NCBI RefSeq assembly: GCF_040741455.2
Contig: NZ_CP160328.2
Coordinates: 1,645,701-1,677,700 of the forward strand
DNA from: Snodgrassella alvi
GTDB lineage: Bacteria > Pseudomonadota > Gammaproteobacteria > Burkholderiales > Neisseriaceae
Direction of reading: 5' to 3'
Length of the DNA: 32,000 bases
Of this stretch, positions 9,324 through 18,105 are shown one piece after another. The notes under the pieces are model-generated. The model ran no database searches and was not told the DNA's origin. It saw nothing but the letters and a program-made list of their open reading frames with translations. Position 1 is the stretch's first letter. The number at the start of each line of letters is the position of its first letter. The position numbers and the translations under genes are program-made.

Positions 9324-11630
9324 ATGAGTATAAAACCAGAGTCAGATGAACAGCTTCTGCCGGTGAATTCACTTACCCGTACACCTGGGTTTGTAAGCAA
9401 CCAAACAGTATCTCCAGATATTGGAGAGCTGGTGCAAAATGGTGTTGAACAGGTGGCGGACAAATTGGCAGAAAAAGCTAATTCGACTATCGCTCAAACT
9501 AAAAAAGCCATAGATACAGCTACAGACGCAATGGAGGCTATAGGGAGCATAGGGACAGCATCTCCACTGATGAAAGCAGCACAGGCAGCAGTAGCAGGTA
9601 GTTCGGTACCAGTTAGTGCACAGGATATTGTGGATGCTGTAACTGGTGGAAGCAGTGGCGGTACACGGACAGTGAATGTCAGTGGTGCTGCCGTCCCTGC
9701 TGGTATGCTTACTTTTGCCAGTATGAACGGACAAGAAACTTTAAGTGAGTTATTTAGCTACACCATTCAACTTAAGACTCCTGATAAGCTAAATATTGGC
9801 TACTTCGCGCCTAGTTCTAATTTGCCATTAAAATCAATGGTAGGCAAGGATCTGACTGTTGATATAGAGCTTGAAAACGGTAGTAAACGCTATATCAGCG
9901 GGTTGGTTACGGCTGCTCGCGTTGTGGGGCATCAGGGACGGGGTGTGGTTTATGAGCTGCGTCTTGAGCCATGGCTAGAGCTGGCTACCCGTACCAGTGA
10001 TTACAAGATATTTCAGAATAAAAGTGTAGTAGAAATTATCGATGAAGTTTTAAGTGAATATCCATTTGAGATGGAAAAACGACTTACTGAAACTTATCCG
10101 AAGCGCAATTTTCAGGTTCAGTATGGTGAAACCGATTATGATTTCCTGCAACGTTTGATGCAAGAATTCGGTATATATTATTTCTTTGAACATAGTGCTG
10201 GTAGTCATAAACTGGTGTTAGTCGATGCTATTGGTTCTCATCAACCTTGTCCCGGAGCTGCATCTGTAAGTTTTCATCAGCAGGGTTTAAAGCTGGATGA
10301 AGAGTTTATCCATACTATTGCAGCGAAAGAATCCCTACGTACCGGTAAATGGGTATTAGATGATTTCGATTTTCAGAAACCAAAAGCCAAACTTACAAGT
10401 ACAGTAGCTAAACCACGTGAGACTGGGCATCCTGATTATGAGCATTATGAATGGCCTGGTGATTATTTTGAAAAAGATGAAGGCGAATTCCTGACTAAAG
10501 TACGTATGGAAGCGCAGAAATCTTTAGGCAGCCGAGTATATGGCAGTGGCAATATACGTACCCTAGTGACAGGCTGTACTTTCAATTTAGAAAACTGCCC
10601 TACAGTTGAAGCAAATCAAGAATATCTGGTTGTTGAAAGTGCGCTTGTGATTGAGGATATGGGGGAATACAGTGGTCAGGGACAACATTTCGGATACAAC
10701 ACAAGTTTTGAACTATTACCAACCAGTGAAGTTTTCCGTCCGCAGCGTACTATAAAAAAACCACATACCCATGGCCCGCAAAGTGCCATTGTGACAGGTC
10801 CGGCAGGAGAGGAAATCTGGACAGACAAATATGGCCGAGTGAAAGTGCAATTTCTCTGGGATCGTTACGGCCAGTGGGATGAAAACAGCTCGTGTTGGGT
10901 ACGTGTTACACAGCCGTGGGCAGGTAAGGGATTCGGTGGTATGCAGATACCGCGAATAGGCCAGGAAGTCATTGTTGATTTTAAAAATGGTGATCCGGAT
11001 TTACCAATTATCACTGGCCGAGTGTACAACGCTGATACCATGCCAGCATGGGGTTTACCTGACAACAAAACTCAAAGCGGAATGTTCAGCCATTCGATCG
11101 GAGGCGGGCCTGATAATGCCAATGCTTTGCGATTTGAAGATAAACCGGGGCAAGAGGAGCTCTGGCTGCATGCTGAAAAAGACCAACGTATCGAAGTCAA
11201 TAATGATGAAAGCCATTCTGTTGGAAATAATCGTACAAAATCAATTGGCAATGATGAGGTCATTAGTGTAGGCAACGACCGTACAACTTTGATCAGTAAT
11301 GATTGTCTTCGTGCTGTTAAAGCCAATGACACGGTTTTGATTGGAGAAAATAAATCGACTAGTGTCAGTAATGATTTTGTAATTGCTGCAGGGACAACCA
11401 TACGCTTGTCATGCGGAAAAACTGTACTGGAGCTCCATGCCGATGGGCAATTTAATATTACCTGTGAAAATTTCAATATCACGGCAGCACAAAGTGGCCA
11501 GATTAATACACTTGGTAACCTACTGGATTTGAATATGGACGGGGGAAGTGCTGCGGCTCAACCTGGTTCTGATGGAGATAAAGGCAATATTGATAGTGCA
11601 GTAAATCAGATATTTTCACCACCAGCATAA
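9324..11630 (+). CDS. vgrG: T6SS spike protein VgrG, with an unusually long N-terminal extension and no C-terminal effector domain
   Basis: 768 aa. A gp27-like region begins near aa 128 ([23 protein letters not shown]). A gp5 OB-fold block is present ([79 protein letters not shown]). Beta-helix repeats follow ([22 protein letters not shown]..). GGGGA lies 7 nt upstream of the ATG. Confidence 0.93.
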   Translation: MSIKPESDEQLLPVNSLTRTPGFVSNQTVSPDIGELVQNGVEQVADKLAEKANSTIAQTKKAIDTATDAMEAIGSIGTASPLMKAAQAAVAGSSVPVSAQDIVDAVTGGSSGGTRTVNVSGAAVPAGMLTFASMNGQETLSELFSYTIQLKTPDKLNIGYFAPSSNLPLKSMVGKDLTVDIELENGSKRYISGLVTAARVVGHQGRGVVYELRLEPWLELATRTSDYKIFQNKSVVEIIDEVLSEYPFEMEKRLTETYPKRNFQVQYGETDYDFLQRLMQEFGIYYFFEHSAGSHKLVLVDAIGSHQPCPGAASVSFHQQGLKLDEEFIHTIAAKESLRTGKWVLDDFDFQKPKAKLTSTVAKPRETGHPDYEHYEWPGDYFEKDEGEFLTKVRMEAQKSLGSRVYGSGNIRTLVTGCTFNLENCPTVEANQEYLVVESALVIEDMGEYSGQGQHFGYNTSFELLPTSEVFRPQRTIKKPHTHGPQSAIVTGPAGEEIWTDKYGRVKVQFLWDRYGQWDENSSCWVRVTQPWAGKGFGGMQIPRIGQEVIVDFKNGDPDLPIITGRVYNADTMPAWGLPDNKTQSGMFSHSIGGGPDNANALRFEDKPGQEELWLHAEKDQRIEVNNDESHSVGNNRTKSIGNDEVISVGNDRTTLISNDCLRAVKANDTVLIGENKSTSVSNDFVIAAGTTIRLSCGKTVLELHADGQFNITCENFNITAAQSGQINTLGNLLDLNMDGGSAAAQPGSDGDKGNIDSAVNQIFSPPA

Positions 11631-11656
11631 AATAAAAAAACATAAAGGGCAACTTA

Positions 11657-12085
11657 ATGCAATACCAAACAAATGATACCGAATTTCAGATTCCAGACCC
11701 TGACATTAAAGATGTTTCATTAAATATAATAAAATTCAAAAACTTAGGTACATCATTAGTTTTGAGTCGCAGCGAACTTGGAGAAGAGGAAACGCTTGAA
11801 TCCAGCCTGGATGACCAGTTAAAACGACTTGAAAGCTCTGTAAAAGGATTGAAATTTCATCAGAAAAACAAAATCAGTTTCGGAAAAAATCAGAATATTG
11901 AGGCATTTGAGTTAAGTAACCAGTTTATTAAGGGTGCAGAAAAAGTTTACCAATATCAGCTGGTGTGTCTTATTCCCGGTACTCGAACCATGTTTGCGAT
12001 GAGTTATGTAAAAAATACCAATTTGGGCGAAGCGGAATTAGCCCATTGGGAATTAATTAAACAAAATTTTGAATTTAAAAAATAA
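11657..12085 (+). CDS. DUF1795 (DcrB/Eag-family) effector chaperone
   Basis: 142 aa, located between vgrG and a prePAAR/TMD effector. The sequence pattern (NDTEFQIPDP..DVSLNIIKF..GTSLVLSRSEL..ETLES..DDQLKRLE) fits my recollection of the DUF1795 family. Confidence 0.7.
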   Translation: MQYQTNDTEFQIPDPDIKDVSLNIIKFKNLGTSLVLSRSELGEEETLESSLDDQLKRLESSVKGLKFHQKNKISFGKNQNIEAFELSNQFIKGAEKVYQYQLVCLIPGTRTMFAMSYVKNTNLGEAELAHWELIKQNFEFKK

Positions 12086-12106
12086 TGATTTGAGAGAGGA
12101 GCAACC

Positions 12107-15100
12107 ATGGGACAGGCATATTGGGCTGCCCGAAAGGGAGATAAACTTCTGCATACCTCATTACTGGCAGATATAGTAGGCGCAGCCGTGGAGTTGGCTT
12201 GTTATACTGCCATCACAATAGCAGCTAGTGTTGCAGTTTTTGGGACATTTGCAACTGCTGGGCTTGCTGGCTTTGCTCTAGGTGTTATGCTTGGTGTCGT
12301 AATGGAAGTATCTGGAGGTAACAATAAAATTTCAGAGTTAGCAGATTGGGTTAGCGGTTTATTTCCACCATCTGAAGATGGAGAAATCGAAACCGGATCA
12401 CCCAATACCCAGATTAATAACCGATTAGCTGCTCGGGCTGCTGGTACCATTGACCAAGACCAAGAACTTGTGGGTGACAATGCTGAACCAAAACAACCTA
12501 AAAGTTTTGTAGACGTTGCGGCTGACTTCTTGGGTGGATTATGGGATATCGTCCAAGAAATGGTTAGGCCAACTGTAGCTTCACCAGATCCAAGGGCGGC
12601 TCCTGCAAAAGAAGATGGAATTCGTTGCTTTAAACACCCATCTTCATTTGCTGATATAAATAAAAAACTCAACCAACCACCTAGCGAAACAGATAAGCTC
12701 TGCCCAGGTTTGGCAGCTTTTGATCCCATGATGGGTGATACCAAAGCCACTATTAGCTTTACCGAATATCTGGCCGAAGGTTCCAGTAAAGTCTACATCA
12801 ACAGCCAGCCGGCCGTACGCAGTAACGACCGCAGTACCTGCGAAGCCAAAGTCACAGAGAATTGTGAAAATGGTGAGAAAGTATCTAAGAACGTACGCAT
12901 CGGTGGTGAGCCCATCGTCGTGCGTGAAATCAAAAGCGGCAAACATCCCGTTGCCCAGCTTATTGGTGTGATTTCTGCCTTAAGACATGCCCGCAAAATC
13001 TTTTCCTGTATATCCTGTTTTGTTCTACGCTTGGCTGGTGATGCAAGTATCAGTATTGTTACTACCAAAATAGTACAAGCGATAACCCGCGGCCACCCCG
13101 TCCACCTCCCCACCGGTGCCAAACTCCTCTTCGACACCGAAGAGCTCGACTTCACCCTCCCCGCCCATCTGCCCCTCCAATGGCAACGCTTCTACAGCAG
13201 CGTCGACACCCGTACCCACAACATGTTCGGCGCCGGATGGAGCGTCAGCTTCGAAGTCGAAATCGAAATCTCCCCCCAGCCCGATGGCTCCTGTGCCGCC
13301 GTCTATATCAACGAACAAGGCCGCCGCCTCGAAATCGACCCCTTACAACCCGGCGAAGGCATGCGCGGCATCAACGAAAACCTCACCATCCGCCGTGGCC
13401 AGCACAACCGCTGGGTCATCGAAGACGACGACGGCCTTTACCGCCTCTTCGAGCCCGACCCCAACCAACCCCACCGCCTCTACCTCACCGCACTTCAAGA
13501 TCGCAACGACAACCGCCTCCTTCTTTACCGCGACAGCCACAGCCGCATCATCGAAATCACCGACAACGACCGCAGCACCCGCCTCTCCCTGCACTATCAG
13601 CATCCCCAGCACCCACAACGCGTCACCACCATCAAACAGCAACTGGCCAATGGCCACAGCCGGGTACTGGCACAATACCAGTACACCGCACAGGGCGACC
13701 TCCAACACGTCATCGATGCCGAACAGCGGCACACCCGCACCTTTGCCTACGACACCGGCCGACGCCTCATCTACCACCGCCTGCCCACCGGCCTGCACTG
13801 CCACTACCAGTGGGATTACTTTGCCGATGCCGCCGAAACCGCCTGGCGCGTCACCCATCACTGGACCGAAGCAGATGGCCAGCGACAAGAAGACTATCAC
13901 TTTCACTACGATATTGAGCAACGCCTCACCACCGTCAAAGACAGCCTGGGACGCATCAGCCAGCATTACTGGAACGAAGTCTACCAAATCACCCGCTACA
14001 TCGACCCCCTTGGTCACACCACCGCATTTGAATGGAACGACAACCAACAACTCATCAGCGTCACCGACGCCCAAGGTGGACAATGGCGCTACAGCTATGA
14101 CGAACAAGGACGCGAAACCGCCGAAACCGACCCACTGGGACGCACCACCCAGACCCAGTGGTTACCCCACTGGGCCTTACCCACCATCAGCGTCGACCCC
14201 GACGGCAGCACCTGGCGCTACTACTATGATGAACGCGGCAACCTGCTGACCGTCATCGACCCCTTAAAACAACGCACCCGCTACCAATACGACCAGCACG
14301 GCCAAATAACCAGAATCACCGATGCCAGAGGTGGGCACAAATACCTGCGCTGGAACCCGAACGGCCAGCTTATCCAACATACCGACTGCTCCGGCTCCCT
14401 GACCCAGCTTGGCTACGACCGCCATGGCAACCTGACCGACATCACCAACGCCATCGGCAACAGCAGCCGCTACCAGTACAACGCCGCCGGCGACCTTATC
14501 AGCGCCACCTTGCCCGATGGCCGCCAAGAACACTTCAGCGTCAATGCAGCAGGACAATTACTGACCTATACCGACCCCGCCGGCCACACCACCCATTACC
14601 ATCGGGACCCGCGCGGACTGGTGCACCGACGCACCGATAGCGCCGGACGCAGCATCCGCTTTCACTATGATACCTATAGCCGGCTGACTACATTAACCAA
14701 CGAAAACGGCGAGCATTACCAATTCACCTACGACGCCGGCGACCGCCTAACCGAACAGACCGATCTGGGCGGACGTAAACAAAAGCTGACTTACGATCAG
14801 CTGGATAACGTCAGTGCCGTTCACTTTGCTGCCGGCAGCCCCGCCGAAATCACCCACCGCTTCACACGCGATGCCATCGGCCGACTGATTGGCAAACACA
14901 CCCCCGATGGCAACACCGCCTACCAGTACGACCCCGCCGACAACCTCATCAAAGTCGGCTACAAAAAAGCCGGCTTACCGACCGAGGCCGAAGCAGACAT
15001 CATCACCTTTCGCTACGACATCATCGGCAACCTGCTGAGCGAAACCACCGCACAAGGCACCCTCAGCCATCAGTACGACCAACTGGGCAACCGCATCGCC

Positions 15101-16636
15101 ACCACCTTGCCCGATGGCCGTACCCTCAACAACCTCTATTACGGTTCCGGCCATCTGCACCAAATCAACCTCGACGGCACCACCATCACCGACATCGAAC
15201 GCGACCGCCTACATCGCGAAGTCCTGCGTAGCCAGGGACAACTGAACACCGAATTCAGATACGACCGCAACAGCCGCCTGCAACACAAACAGACCCGGCG
15301 TGGCCACAACACCATCCTGCCCGACATCCTTACCGACCGCCGCTACCAGTACGACAACCTCGACCGGCTGGTGAGTAAAAAACATACCCGGCAAGGACAG
15401 ACCGATTACCACTATGACCGCACCGGCCGTATCGAAAGCTGCCGCAACCAGGCCTACTGGGAAACCCTGCAATACGATGCCGCTGCCAACCTGCTGGATA
15501 AAAGACGCAACGAAGACAGCAGTACCGACAACCAGAACCTGATACGCTTTAACCAGCTACTCCACTTTCGTGGCCTGCAATACACCTACGACGCACACGG
15601 CCGTACCCACAGCAAACAGACCGCCAGCGGTACTCAGTATTACCACTACGATGCCGAACACCGCCTGACCGAAGTGCGTATCGAAAAATTAAACTGTACC
15701 GAACGTTACGGCTATGTCTACGATGCCTTAGGCCGACGTATCGAAAAACACCAGATAGACCGGGCGGGCAAAGCCTGCAACCGTACCCGTTTCCTGTGGG
15801 ACGGGCTGAGAATGATTCAGGAAACCCGTACTGACAGAAGCAAAAGCGTCTATATCTACACTGATGAAAGCGGCTATGAACCCTTAGCCAGAGTAGAGAC
15901 CACCACCGGTACGGAACAGAAAGTGCTGTACTACCACACCGATGTCAACGGTGCCCCGGAAGAACTTACTGATGAAGACGGTCACATTGTATGGGCATGC
16001 AGTTATCAGCTGTGGGGCAAACCGATACAGGAAATCGAACACAGCCAGATACAACAGAACCTGAGGTATCAGGGGCAGTATTTAGACAGAGAAACGGGCT
16101 TACATTACAATACTTTCAGGTACTATGACCCGGATATAGGCAGATTCACGCAGCCGGACCCGATTGGGTTGCTGGGTGGGTTTAATTTGTATCAGTATGC
16201 GCCTAATGGGTTGATGTGGATTGATCCGTGGGGTTGGATTTGTAAGGTAAAAGTTGACCGAGGATCGCATGGTCAGCCTCTTTCAGCAAAAGCAACAGTA
16301 TCTAAAGCTGATATAGGTACAGGGACAGCAACAAATCCTTCTTCAAGAGCTTGGGCTAGAAGATTAGGTAATGCGGATGATGACGCAGGACATATCTTAG
16401 CTAAAATATTAGGAGGTTCAGGTGGCATAGATAATGTTTTTCCTCAACTAAAAGGTGTGAATCGTGGTAGATATCGAGCTTTTGAAAAAAGAGTTAGGCA
16501 ACATATCAAAGAAAATGGAACAGTAGATTTAGAATGGGAATTTAAATATAAAGGAGGTGGTACAAGGCCTACTGGTATTGTCTATAAAGTAATTCAAAAT
16601 GGTGAGTTGCAATTTAAACATGTTTTTGCTAATTGA
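12107..16636 (+). CDS. rhs: prePAAR-TMD-PAAR-Rhs polymorphic toxin with a C-terminal EssD/YeeF-type (Endonuclease_NS_2-like) nuclease domain
   Basis: 1509 aa. The prePAAR motif AARKGDKLLH (AARxxDxxxH) is followed by TM helices (aa about 20-70) and a PAAR-like region (VYINSQPAVRSNDRSTCEAKV). Many YD repeats are present (YxYDxxGNL/RL). The core ends in PDPIGLLGGFNLYQYAPNGLMWIDPWGW (16223-16237 encodes DPWGW). The 132-aa tip (16238-16633) carries DDAGHILAKILGGSGGIDNVFPQLKGVNRG..FE..V, resembling EssD-like DNases. Confidence 0.95.
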   Translation: MGQAYWAARKGDKLLHTSLLADIVGAAVELACYTAITIAASVAVFGTFATAGLAGFALGVMLGVVMEVSGGNNKISELADWVSGLFPPSEDGEIETGSPNTQINNRLAARAAGTIDQDQELVGDNAEPKQPKSFVDVAADFLGGLWDIVQEMVRPTVASPDPRAAPAKEDGIRCFKHPSSFADINKKLNQPPSETDKLCPGLAAFDPMMGDTKATISFTEYLAEGSSKVYINSQPAVRSNDRSTCEAKVTENCENGEKVSKNVRIGGEPIVVREIKSGKHPVAQLIGVISALRHARKIFSCISCFVLRLAGDASISIVTTKIVQAITRGHPVHLPTGAKLLFDTEELDFTLPAHLPLQWQRFYSSVDTRTHNMFGAGWSVSFEVEIEISPQPDGSCAAVYINEQGRRLEIDPLQPGEGMRGINENLTIRRGQHNRWVIEDDDGLYRLFEPDPNQPHRLYLTALQDRNDNRLLLYRDSHSRIIEITDNDRSTRLSLHYQHPQHPQRVTTIKQQLANGHSRVLAQYQYTAQGDLQHVIDAEQRHTRTFAYDTGRRLIYHRLPTGLHCHYQWDYFADAAETAWRVTHHWTEADGQRQEDYHFHYDIEQRLTTVKDSLGRISQHYWNEVYQITRYIDPLGHTTAFEWNDNQQLISVTDAQGGQWRYSYDEQGRETAETDPLGRTTQTQWLPHWALPTISVDPDGSTWRYYYDERGNLLTVIDPLKQRTRYQYDQHGQITRITDARGGHKYLRWNPNGQLIQHTDCSGSLTQLGYDRHGNLTDITNAIGNSSRYQYNAAGDLISATLPDGRQEHFSVNAAGQLLTYTDPAGHTTHYHRDPRGLVHRRTDSAGRSIRFHYDTYSRLTTLTNENGEHYQFTYDAGDRLTEQTDLGGRKQKLTYDQLDNVSAVHFAAGSPAEITHRFTRDAIGRLIGKHTPDGNTAYQYDPADNLIKVGYKKAGLPTEAEADIITFRYDIIGNLLSETTAQGTLSHQYDQLGNRIATTLPDGRTLNNLYYGSGHLHQINLDGTTITDIERDRLHREVLRSQGQLNTEFRYDRNSRLQHKQTRRGHNTILPDILTDRRYQYDNLDRLVSKKHTRQGQTDYHYDRTGRIESCRNQAYWETLQYDAAANLLDKRRNEDSSTDNQNLIRFNQLLHFRGLQYTYDAHGRTHSKQTASGTQYYHYDAEHRLTEVRIEKLNCTERYGYVYDALGRRIEKHQIDRAGKACNRTRFLWDGLRMIQETRTDRSKSVYIYTDESGYEPLARVETTTGTEQKVLYYHTDVNGAPEELTDEDGHIVWACSYQLWGKPIQEIEHSQIQQNLRYQGQYLDRETGLHYNTFRYYDPDIGRFTQPDPIGLLGGFNLYQYAPNGLMWIDPWGWICKVKVDRGSHGQPLSAKATVSKADIGTGTATNPSSRAWARRLGNADDDAGHILAKILGGSGGIDNVFPQLKGVNRGRYRAFEKRVRQHIKENGTVDLEWEFKYKGGGTRPTGIVYKVIQNGELQFKHVFAN

Positions 16637-16645
16637 GAGGGTTTA

Positions 16646-17071
16646 ATGAAAAATAATATAGAGGAAGCAGTATCAATATTAAAAAATTTTATTTTAGCTA
16701 TGAACAAATGGGAAGGTTATTGTGAACCTCTTACTGAGTTAATAGAAAACGGTGAAGATGAAGAACCTTTACAAAATAAAATGAGATCTGAATTAAATGA
16801 TATATTTAATCAATATTGTACTGATAAAAAAAGAAAATACGGTAGACAGGTTTCATTAGATTGTGGATATCCTCCAGAATACTCACCTGATGAAGAAATT
16901 TTAAAAATTGAAGAATTAAGTAAAAATAAATTACTTATACTTACAAAACAGCATACGGAGTTTAAAAATCAATTTCGTTATACATTAGTTTATAAAAATA
17001 AAGAATGGCGAATTGATAAAAAAGAAGTATTTGATAAATTTGATAATAAATGGGAAAAATATGCTCTTTAA
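16646..17071 (+). CDS. cognate Rhs immunity protein (possibly NTF2-fold immunity family)
   Basis: 141-aa AT-rich ORF starting 9 nt after the rhs stop, with the RBS GAGAGGG. This is the canonical immunity position. The pattern (FILAMNKWE..YCT.KKRKYGR..EW.IDKK) is reminiscent of Imm-NTF2-type proteins. Confidence 0.65.
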   Translation: MKNNIEEAVSILKNFILAMNKWEGYCEPLTELIENGEDEEPLQNKMRSELNDIFNQYCTDKKRKYGRQVSLDCGYPPEYSPDEEILKIEELSKNKLLILTKQHTEFKNQFRYTLVYKNKEWRIDKKEVFDKFDNKWEKYAL

Positions 17072-17114
17072 TTTTTCTTAAAATATTATTATTAATCCAA
17101 CCAACCATTTTTAT

Positions 17115-17229
17115 TAAACTAAAGAATTCAAATGAAAAAATAACGTTTAATCCGTTGAAAATGTTTACGCTGCCGACTTTACAGCAGGCAGCATAACCGA
17201 AATTACTCACCATTTCTGACGTTATGCTG
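17115..17229 (+). pseudogene. AT-decayed remnant of the rhs core (homologous to about 14760-14881 of the main gene)
   Basis: An ungapped by-eye alignment of 17156-17232 with 14805-14881 gives roughly two-thirds identity. Example: gactttacagcaggcagcataaccgaaattactcacc versus tcactttgctgccggcagccccgccgaaatcacccacc. Similarity is weaker further upstream. Confidence 0.6.
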
Positions 17230-17490
17230 TCAGTACGACCAACTGGGCAACCGCATCGCCACCACCTTGCCCGATGGTCGTACCCTCAACAACCTCTATT
17301 ACGGTTCCGGCCATCTGCACCAAATCAACCTGGACGGCACCACCATCACCGACATCGAACGCGACCGCCTACATCGCGAAGTCCTGCGTAGTCAGGGACA
17401 ACTGAACACCGAATTCAGATACGACCGCAACAGCCGCCTGCAACACAAACAGACCCGGCGTGGCCACAACACCATCCTGCCCGACATCCT
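17230..17490 (+). repeat. near-identical direct repeat of rhs core segment 15070-15330
   Basis: 261 nt with 3 mismatches seen by eye (17278, 17332, 17392). The boundaries are abrupt on both sides. The 85-aa ORF 17267-17524 is just this fragment read in the Rhs frame. Confidence 0.95.
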
Positions 17491-17514
17491 CATTTCAGCG
17501 ATGGTTTTAAAAAT

Positions 17515-18105
17515 ATGCTTCTAGATGAAGCTGGTCATATTGTATGGGCGTGCAGCTATCAGCTGTGGGGCAAACCGATACAGGAAATCGAACACAGCCA
17601 GATACAACAGAACTTAAGGTATCAGGGACAGTATTTAGACAGAGAAACGGGCTTACATTACAATACTTTCAGGTACTATGACCCGGATATAGGCAGATTC
17701 ACGCAGCCGGACCCGATTGGGTTGCTGGGTGGGTTTAATTTGTATCAGTATGCGTCTAATGGATTGATGTGGGTTGATCCTTGGGGGTTGAAATGTGGAT
17801 CAACTAGAAAATCATACGAACAAGCAAAAAATAAAGCTTTAGCATGGTTAGAAAAAAAAGGTTTTAAAGCGGAAAAAGTTAATATAGGAAAATTTGGCTC
17901 AACAAAAGGAAGGCCTGTAGGAATGATGACTGCAGATGGAAAGACGGGATTTAGAGTAGAGTACGATGGAAGAAATGGAGCTCATATAAATGTGTTTAGC
18001 GGAAAAGATAAAGGTGAGCATTTCTTATTTAATGCTACTGAATCCACAGTAACCAAACTTCAAAATCTATTTAATCATCCCTCTAAACCACGGAGAAATT
18101 TATGA
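17515..18105 (+). CDS. orphan Rhs C-terminal module: core 3' end plus a distinct toxin domain of unknown family, with its own ATG
   Basis: 196-aa ORF. Positions 17524-17790 match 15971-16237 (about 14 mismatches in 267 nt by eye) and encode ..PDPIGLLGGFNLYQYASNGLMWVDPWGL. A new 104-aa tip follows (KCGSTRKSYEQAKNK..GFRVEYDGRNGAHINVFSGKDKGEHFLF..). It is out of frame with the upstream core fragment. Confidence 0.7.
   Translation: MLLDEAGHIVWACSYQLWGKPIQEIEHSQIQQNLRYQGQYLDRETGLHYNTFRYYDPDIGRFTQPDPIGLLGGFNLYQYASNGLMWVDPWGLKCGSTRKSYEQAKNKALAWLEKKGFKAEKVNIGKFGSTKGRPVGMMTADGKTGFRVEYDGRNGAHINVFSGKDKGEHFLFNATESTVTKLQNLFNHPSKPRRNL

Noticed and set aside
9188-9463. 91-aa minus-strand ORF spanning the vgrG start region.
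   Set aside because: It overlaps the well-supported vgrG start. It has no convincing RBS and its product is Cys/Ser-rich and unremarkable.
12202-13155. Antisense or alternate-frame ORFs over the Rhs N-terminal region (182, 100, 78 and 120 aa).
   Set aside because: They have no RBS and overlap a strongly supported prePAAR/PAAR coding frame. Their sequences have no recognisable features.
13116-14249. Long ORFs nested in the Rhs core in other frames or on the opposite strand (377 aa at 13116-14249, 245 aa at 13180-13917, 254 aa at 13343-14107 on the minus strand, and several of about 60-100 aa up to 15472).
   Set aside because: Their products are low-complexity (P/T/S/A/R/H- or G/V/A-rich). 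They are fully embedded in the clearly coding YD-repeat frame. The C-rich, stop-poor composition of the core explains them, so they are shadow ORFs.
17267-17524. 85-aa ORF (MPDGRTLNNLYYG..) listed as a separate gene.
   Set aside because: It is simply the duplicated rhs core fragment (15070-15330) read in the Rhs frame until the deletion joint. It is reported as a repeat/pseudogene instead.
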